Source: a virus
Strand: one strand, 5' to 3'
DNA length: 55,153 bases
IMG/VR virus record: IMGVR_UViG_3300028833_002847
Shown here: positions 49,875 through 55,153 of the stretch, piece by piece
How the letters are laid out: every line of letters starts with the position of its first letter
Position numbering within the stretch: the stretch's first letter is position 1
The notes under the pieces: model-generated
What the model was told of the DNA's origin: nothing
The model's input: only the letters and a program-made list of their open reading frames with translations
Databases searched by the model: none
Translations under genes and position numbers: made by a program

Positions 49875-49960
49875 CTTCTTCTATATAAAGGTGCTCATTG
49901 ACTAAGGTAATTCCTTTTATATAAAACAAAATGAGAACCTCCTTTGTCTCCTATAGTTTA

Positions 49961-50007
49961 GCTATAAAAAAATAGCCTTATCTTTATTATCTAAAAATAA
50001 GGCTATT
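49961..50007 (-). terminator. intrinsic terminator between the chaperone-like gene and the tape-measure gene
   Basis: 10-bp stem aatagcctta/taaggctatt with a U7 tail on the minus-strand transcript. The loop is about 17 nt. Confidence 0.45.
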
Positions 50008-50030
50008 AATTTTATTTAATTTTGACCAAA

Positions 50031-50507
50031 CTAATTATTAGGATTTGTCCAACGTTCAGTAATATTTTCTAATTGTTTTATATTTTCTGAACTAGCTACT
50101 TCTTGTAAACGTTCAGTAGCCATATTTACAATATCTCCACTTACAGTTTGTAACATATCAAAAATTCCACGAGTAGATAATTGATAATCTTTTAAGTCAT
50201 TATACCACTCTATTCCGCAATTAATAATATAATCAAATTCTTCTGCATGTTCATTATAAAGTTTATCGTAATATCCATCTTTAACAACTTTATCAAAGGC
50301 TTCATTAATATTAATTGTAACTAAAGCAGCTAATTCTTCTTTTGTCTCTTGGTAAAACATAATAGTAGAAAATACTACTAGTGCTCTTTCAAAAATAAAT
50401 CCTTTAAGATATCCATCTTTATTTGCTTCTTGAAGAGAAAAAGTAATAATGTCTGTAATATCTTGAGAACTTAAAACTCTTTTTTCTTCTACTTCTATAT
50501 TAATCAT
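50031..50507 (-). CDS. putative tail assembly chaperone (acidic, 158 aa)
   Basis: RBS AGGAGG. Acidic helical protein immediately upstream of the tape-measure gene. Confidence 0.4.
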   Translation of the reverse strand: MINIEVEEKRVLSSQDITDIITFSLQEANKDGYLKGFIFERALVVFSTIMFYQETKEELAALVTININEAFDKVVKDGYYDKLYNEHAEEFDYIINCGIEWYNDLKDYQLSTRGIFDMLQTVSGDIVNMATERLQEVASSENIKQLENITERWTNPNN

Positions 50508-50539
50508 TTTTCCTCCTAAGTAAAATTATTTACAATTAT

Positions 50540-50568
50540 ATTATACCCAATTTTTTAGCATTGTAAAC
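50540..50568 (-). promoter_or_regulatory. candidate late promoter TTTACA-N17-TATAAT (motif AAAAAATTGGGTATAATATAA)
   Basis: Minus-strand TATAAT at forward 50540-50545 and TTTACA at forward 50563-50568. Shares a 20-nt core with the site at 33446. Confidence 0.45.
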
Positions 50569-50585
50569 AAAATTTTACAAAAAAT

Positions 50586-52202
50586 TTACAAAACTTTTTG
50601 CATTAATTGAGATATTTCCCGCATTGTAATTTCTACTCTAATCTTAGTATTATACATTAAATCTAAACTTCTTCTCCAAAGTAAATCTGAACGATCTTGA
50701 GCATCATCTAAAATTCCATCTCCCTCAGTATCTACTTGCCATAGTTGTTGATTTAAGTTTGAGTAGGTTGAACGAACTAATCCTAAATTTTTACCATTAC
50801 TATTTGCAACTTCTGATAAACCAACAGATGAAGAAGAATTTAAAAAATGTTCTATAAAATTAGACATGGTTCAAAAATTACCATTAATAACCATATAAAA
50901 ACTTTGGTCATCAGTATCTTCAAAACCAGCTAAAGCATTTAATAAACTTCTATATCCAATACTTTTAATTAAAAATTGTCATTTATTATCTGCTTCACTA
51001 TAATCATTATTTCTACTTATTCCAGAAGCTATTTGTAGTATAGCTCACATATCTTCACCAGTATAACCTGCTTCTCTTCCCAAGAGTGTAGACATAGGAG
51101 TTCCATCTTGAATTTTAATGGTATAAGATTTTAAATTATCAGTTAATTGCTTTTCATAGTTCTTAGCATTTGCGCCTAACGCTATTCTTAAAACTCCACC
51201 TTCATCAGTAATATCAATAGAAAAGTCTTTCTTAGCTTTCTTTTTATAATAAGCTTGTTTCTGTTTTACTTCTTTTAATATTTCTTTTAATTCACTATCA
51301 GGATTAAAATTAACTCCATAATAATTATTTCCAGTATGACTATAAGAAACTTGCTGTTCTATAAAATGTTCAATTTGTTCGTTAGCTTCTAATGCTTTTA
51401 AATGTGAGCGGACAATGCCAACACCTTCACTAACTTCTCTCAAAGTTTTATCAGCTTCTCGTAATCAGGCAATACATTTTTTACGAACTTCATCTAATAA
51501 GAAAATATCTTTCTCAAAATGACCACTATTTGTAGAACCTGTTTTACCATGTCGAACAATCATGCCACTTTTTATCTCTTCCTGACAAAGCGGTATCAAC
51601 TGCGCCGCAAGTACTACTTTTCCCATTGCAGTATTATATTGTTCATTAGCATTATCAGGAATTTTAAAAGCATCGTTACTATATTTACCCATTAATGCAG
51701 CAATAACTTTACCTGCGGAAGAATATCCAGCTAAACTATCTTGTCCTAATATAGAACCTTCTGTTACTTTTAACATAGTATTTTCTACATATGCATCTAA
51801 CATATGTTGAGTTTCATCAGATAATGATTGTAAATAATTATTAATAGTATCTACAAAATCATCAATAGTGTCAAATGTTAATAAATCTTTTTTTAATCTG
51901 GTAATAATTTCTCTCGGATCCTTATCCGCACTTATTTCTGTTTCATCATTATTTTCGAAATCTTTATTAGAAATTGTAGAAATTCCTTGTAAAATTTCTC
52001 CACTGAGAAATTGAGAAACAGCTTCTTCATCTATATTATTTTGTTTAGCTATTCTTTTAATTTTTTCTTGTCTTTTGGCTAAATTTAACAAATGTCTTTC
52101 TAAAATTTCTGTTTTTGTTTCATATCAAATTTGATTTGCTCAAGCTTCTTCGGGAATATGTTCTTGTCAGAAATGTAAATATCTAAAACTATAATTTTCC
52201 AT
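50586..52202 (-). CDS. structural-module protein of unknown function (about 538 aa, table 4)
   Basis: RBS AGGAG before ATG 52202. Fragments 51465-52091, 51045-51443 and 50586-50867 share a frame. Stop TAA 50586-50588. Lies between the major structural protein and the tail chaperone. Confidence 0.45.
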
Positions 52203-52220
52203 TTTATACTCCTGAAAAAT

Positions 52221-52258
52221 CTAAAAAAAAAGAGAGGTGCTTGTAAAAACACCTCTCT
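52221..52258 (-). terminator. intrinsic terminator
   Basis: Stem agagaggtg/cacctctct with a U9 tail on the minus-strand transcript. Confidence 0.55.
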
Positions 52259-52272
52259 GAATATTAATTAAA

Positions 52273-53448
52273 TTATGACTTTGTAACTGTAACAGTATAA
52301 GTCTTAGTAGCGGTTCCCTTTGTAACCTTAACTGTAACTGTATTCTCTCCAGTAGCCCAAGTAGCAGCATTACCATTAGTAATAACTGTTGTACCATTTT
52401 TAATTTCAATGGTAGCAGTATTATCTGTAGCAATAGCACTAATTGTACCATTGGCTGTAGTTGTTGTACCAGTGTAAGTTAATGTTTCAGCATCGAATGT
52501 TGGGCTAAGAGTAACTCCACTAATTGTTAATGCAGAAAGAGTAGCATCATCTTCATCAACTGGAGTTTCTGTAGCTTCGATGTTTTCGTCACCAATAATC
52601 TGGAAAACGACAACACGCTTTTTGGTTTTATCAAACTTTGTATAGTCAGGGAATGCATCCATAACGAATGAGAATGTTGATGGATCACCAGTATTAGCCA
52701 TATTGAAAGTAAATGAAGATTGAATCTTAACATTAGGGAAGATAATCTCAACTGGCATATCCTCACCAGAGTATTCTTCACGGAATAATCCAGAAGCTTC
52801 TACATAGTAGTTTCCAGCAAAGTTATCAGCATCAATAGTAATCTGTTTAACGCCAGCAGTTTTAACTACATATGTATCAACACGAAGAGTGTGTCCAACA
52901 TATCCAGCAGCACCATCAAAGGTAATTTCAATTCCATCAGAACCTACTGTATGTTCACCATCAGCAATAGAAGTTGTTGCAACAGGAACAACACCAGCAC
53001 CAGCGTTATCTAGAACCATACCAAAAATAGGAGCAGTTCCAGAATTAACATAAAGAACAACATCTTCTCCACCAGCTGTATCAGCATCAACTTTAACTTT
53101 TCCACCTGCTAAAATAGGAAGATCGAAAGTTGTGTGAACATACATTTTCTGGTCACCAGTACCAGCATCAATAAGTCCAGCACCAGTTAGAACAGCAATA
53201 CCCATAGGAGAAAGAAGAGCATCTTCTACGTTAAATGTAACAGTACGTTCGCCTTCCCAAGCAATAAGACGAGGATTACCACGACCACCACGAGCATAAA
53301 CTAACTCAGATGTTCCCTCGACGCTTGAAGTCTTAGCTGTATCAATATAAAGTACAGGTTGACCTTTTGCGAAAGTAGTGTTACCAATTTGAGTCTGGGT
53401 ACGAGCTTTGAATACAACGTCACAAATTTCACGAATACCAAAACGCAT
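52273..53448 (-). CDS. major virion structural protein with a C-terminal Ig-like (Big_2-type) domain; either major capsid or major tail tube protein
   Basis: SD AGGTGAT before ATG 53448. Gly/Ala/Val/Thr/Asp-rich composition. The C-terminal ~90 aa (LSALTISGVTLSPTFDAETLTYTG...TYTVTVTKS) are typical of Big_2. No TGA. GC-richer than neighbouring genes. Confidence 0.5.
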   Translation of the reverse strand: MRFGIREICDVVFKARTQTQIGNTTFAKGQPVLYIDTAKTSSVEGTSELVYARGGRGNPRLIAWEGERTVTFNVEDALLSPMGIAVLTGAGLIDAGTGDQKMYVHTTFDLPILAGGKVKVDADTAGGEDVVLYVNSGTAPIFGMVLDNAGAGVVPVATTSIADGEHTVGSDGIEITFDGAAGYVGHTLRVDTYVVKTAGVKQITIDADNFAGNYYVEASGLFREEYSGEDMPVEIIFPNVKIQSSFTFNMANTGDPSTFSFVMDAFPDYTKFDKTKKRVVVFQIIGDENIEATETPVDEDDATLSALTISGVTLSPTFDAETLTYTGTTTTANGTISAIATDNTATIEIKNGTTVITNGNAATWATGENTVTVKVTKGTATKTYTVTVTKS

Positions 53449-53567
53449 CTTAAGTATCACCTATTCCTTTCTTTTAATCTCGGTAATTTTTTACAATGCC
53501 ATTGTTTAATCACCATTCACTAAAGGAATAGCGATTCTCTATAATCAAGATTCCAACAGAATCAAGA

Positions 53568-54326
53568 CTAATTATATAAATTTCTTTGTCAATTGTCGGG
53601 TTCATCCATATTTTCAGTGGATGCAAATGGTTGTAAAGCAATTTTTTGATATAAATCACATTCTTGTTTTGAAATATATCTTGTAAAAGCATCGTAGAGT
53701 TGAAAAGGAGTATAATTATAAAATATATTTACATCCATTTGTAACCCAATAGACAAAATAGAAGTATAAAAACTAAATAATGATTGAAAATTGTCTGAAG
53801 ATTTTTTATTAGTTCTTTGTCTGGCTGCTTCTAATTTTTTAGCAATTTTTTCCGCTAATTCGTTTGCAGGATTAAATTTATTTTCTCTACTATCTGGCGG
53901 ATCAAACAATTCTTTAACAACAGTAGAAAAATTTTCAAAGTTATACATTTGAATCATACCTATAACAGTATTATTTTCATCCTCTTGTAAACTAAAATTT
54001 ATACTATTTTGAGTATAAAATACATTATAAATAGGGAAACATAATTCAAAAAACTTATCAAAAGAATTTTTAATTAATCCTTCATCAGTTTTTATTACCT
54101 CTAATAAAATTTGAAAATTACTAAATTCATTTAATTCAGAATTGCCCTCTTTTACTGAGGAAAAAAAATCTTCTGGACTCCCAATCATTTTTATAGCTGT
54201 AAAAAATTCATTTTCTCCAAATTGAACTATATCTTTAATTGTAGGCTGAATAATAAATATTCCACAAGTAGGAATTTTTACTTGACTTCCTGAAAGATAA
54301 AGTCCACTATCTCCTTGTAACCTCAT
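53568..54326 (-). CDS. hypothetical structural-module protein (about 250 aa; the apparent stop at 53589 is TGA, the real stop is TAG 53568-53570)
   Basis: Manual extension through TGA at 53589-53591. Start is ATG 54326 or GTG 54335. Confidence 0.45.
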
Positions 54327-54340
54327 ATTAATCACTACCT

Positions 54341-54950
54341 ATTGAACATGTTCGCGAACATCTTCATTAGTAATTATTTCATTTTTATCTTCATCATTTT
54401 CATGTGTTGCAGAATATTGAAGAACAATTCCTCCTCAATCTTCATTCATTATTAAACGCTGAGCGCCAACAAAACGAAGTTTTCCAATACCAGTTAAACG
54501 AGTATTGTTTAAAATTCCATCAAGATATCCCGCAATAGCAATTGGACGAGTTTTATAATTATCCAATTCTCAACAATCAGTATTACAAAAAATAGAAAAA
54601 TTTATAGTCACATTTCTAAATTCAGGATTAGAAGTTGGGAAAAAATCTGTAAATTCAATGATTATATAAGATTTAACCTCTCCAAAGTCTTTAATTTTTA
54701 ATTTTGGAGTTAAAGAAATATAACCCTCTTCTTTTAACTTTCCTAAACTATACTTATCTATAATTTGTAAATATTGACCTTGACTTTCATCAAGACAATC
54801 AGGAGTGTTAATAATTAAAAGTCTTTTTAAATAATTACTATAAGGTTTGTTTTCTACAAATAATTTTCTTAATATTAATTCTTGGTCTTTTTCACAAGAA
54901 AGGAAGCTAGAATGAAAATCTGTCATTATTTGTTGTGATACTCTTTTCAT
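54341..54950 (-). CDS. hypothetical structural-module protein (about 203 aa, table 4)
   Basis: RBS GGGAGG before ATG 54950. One internal TGA. Stop TAG 54341-54343. Confidence 0.45.
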
Positions 54951-54962
54951 TTTAAACCTCCC

Positions 54963-55153
54963 TTATAAAGATTTAATATTAATTGTTTTAACATACTGTT
55001 CATTATCTGTAATTAATCCAAGAGTGAAAGAAGATTTCTTTCTAGATATAATTTCAATAGTACATTGTGTGCGGGAAGATTTGACAATTTTAGCCATTCT
55101 CTCATCAGGAATTGTAAATTCTCCCTCAACTAATGACGTATAAGTAACAATAT
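54963..55153 (-). CDS. hypothetical protein, C-terminal fragment (start beyond window end)
   Basis: Open frame running into the window edge. Stop TAA 54963-54965 overlaps the RBS of the next gene. Confidence 0.4.
   Translation of the reverse strand, partial: IVTYTSLVEGEFTIPDERMAKIVKSSRTQCTIEIISRKKSSFTLGLITDNEQYVKTINIKSL

Noticed and set aside
53590-53615. Possible tRNA T-arm-like GGGTTCATCC
   Set aside because: It lacks the conserved A58 and any acceptor or anticodon stems. It lies inside a coding sequence (53568-54326). No tRNA-sized non-coding gap exists in the window.
1-55153. Interpretation as a Mollicutes (Mycoplasma/Spiroplasma) chromosomal segment because of TGA-Trp and AT-richness
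   Set aside because: A holin and a peptidoglycan-degrading, PG-binding endolysin make no sense for a wall-less host. Early genes and major structural genes use TGG almost exclusively and avoid TGA, unlike Mollicutes genes. I cannot fully exclude it without flanking sequence.
1-55153. CRISPR array, integrase/attachment site, transposase
   Set aside because: I did not find any regularly spaced direct repeats or recombinase-like ORFs. Whether the element is temperate cannot be judged from this window.

Overview
The window is AT-rich and densely coding. It reads as a tailed-phage or prophage genome segment, and it only makes sense when TGA is translated as Trp (translation table 4).

The supplied six-frame ORFs use the standard code, so they fragment the late genes. 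Almost all minus-strand fragments from 8.1 to 22.6 kb share one frame. The same holds for 23.5-27.2 kb, 35.3-40.7 kb and 40.8-49.9 kb. Joining fragments across TGA gives a few giant genes.

Layout:
- Plus strand, 1-4640: an early-type operon with the NrdD C-terminus, an NrdG-like activase, dUTPase, a phage RuvC-like resolvase, an SPFH/band-7 membrane protein and a lipoprotein. It ends at a bidirectional terminator.
- Minus strand, 55153 down to 4692: a late module. It runs from capsid or tail-tube-like structural proteins, a putative tail assembly chaperone and a tape-measure protein of about 3000 aa, through large distal-tail/baseplate proteins (about 1817, 588, 552 and 747 aa) and a repeat-rich tail fiber. 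Next come three paralogous giant BspA/DUF285-type leucine-rich-repeat proteins (about 1217, 1186 and 3924 aa), two small genes, an LL-H-type holin and a three-domain endolysin.

The endolysin has GH25, CHAP/NlpC-P60 and PG_binding_1 domains. It shares its stop region with the early operon at the convergent terminator.

The early genes, the TGA-free structural genes and the endolysin make a cell-wall-less Mollicutes host unlikely. I think this is a stop-codon-recoded (TGA to Trp) phage of a peptidoglycan-containing anaerobic low-GC host.

No tRNA, integrase, CRISPR array or reverse transcriptase is visible in the window.
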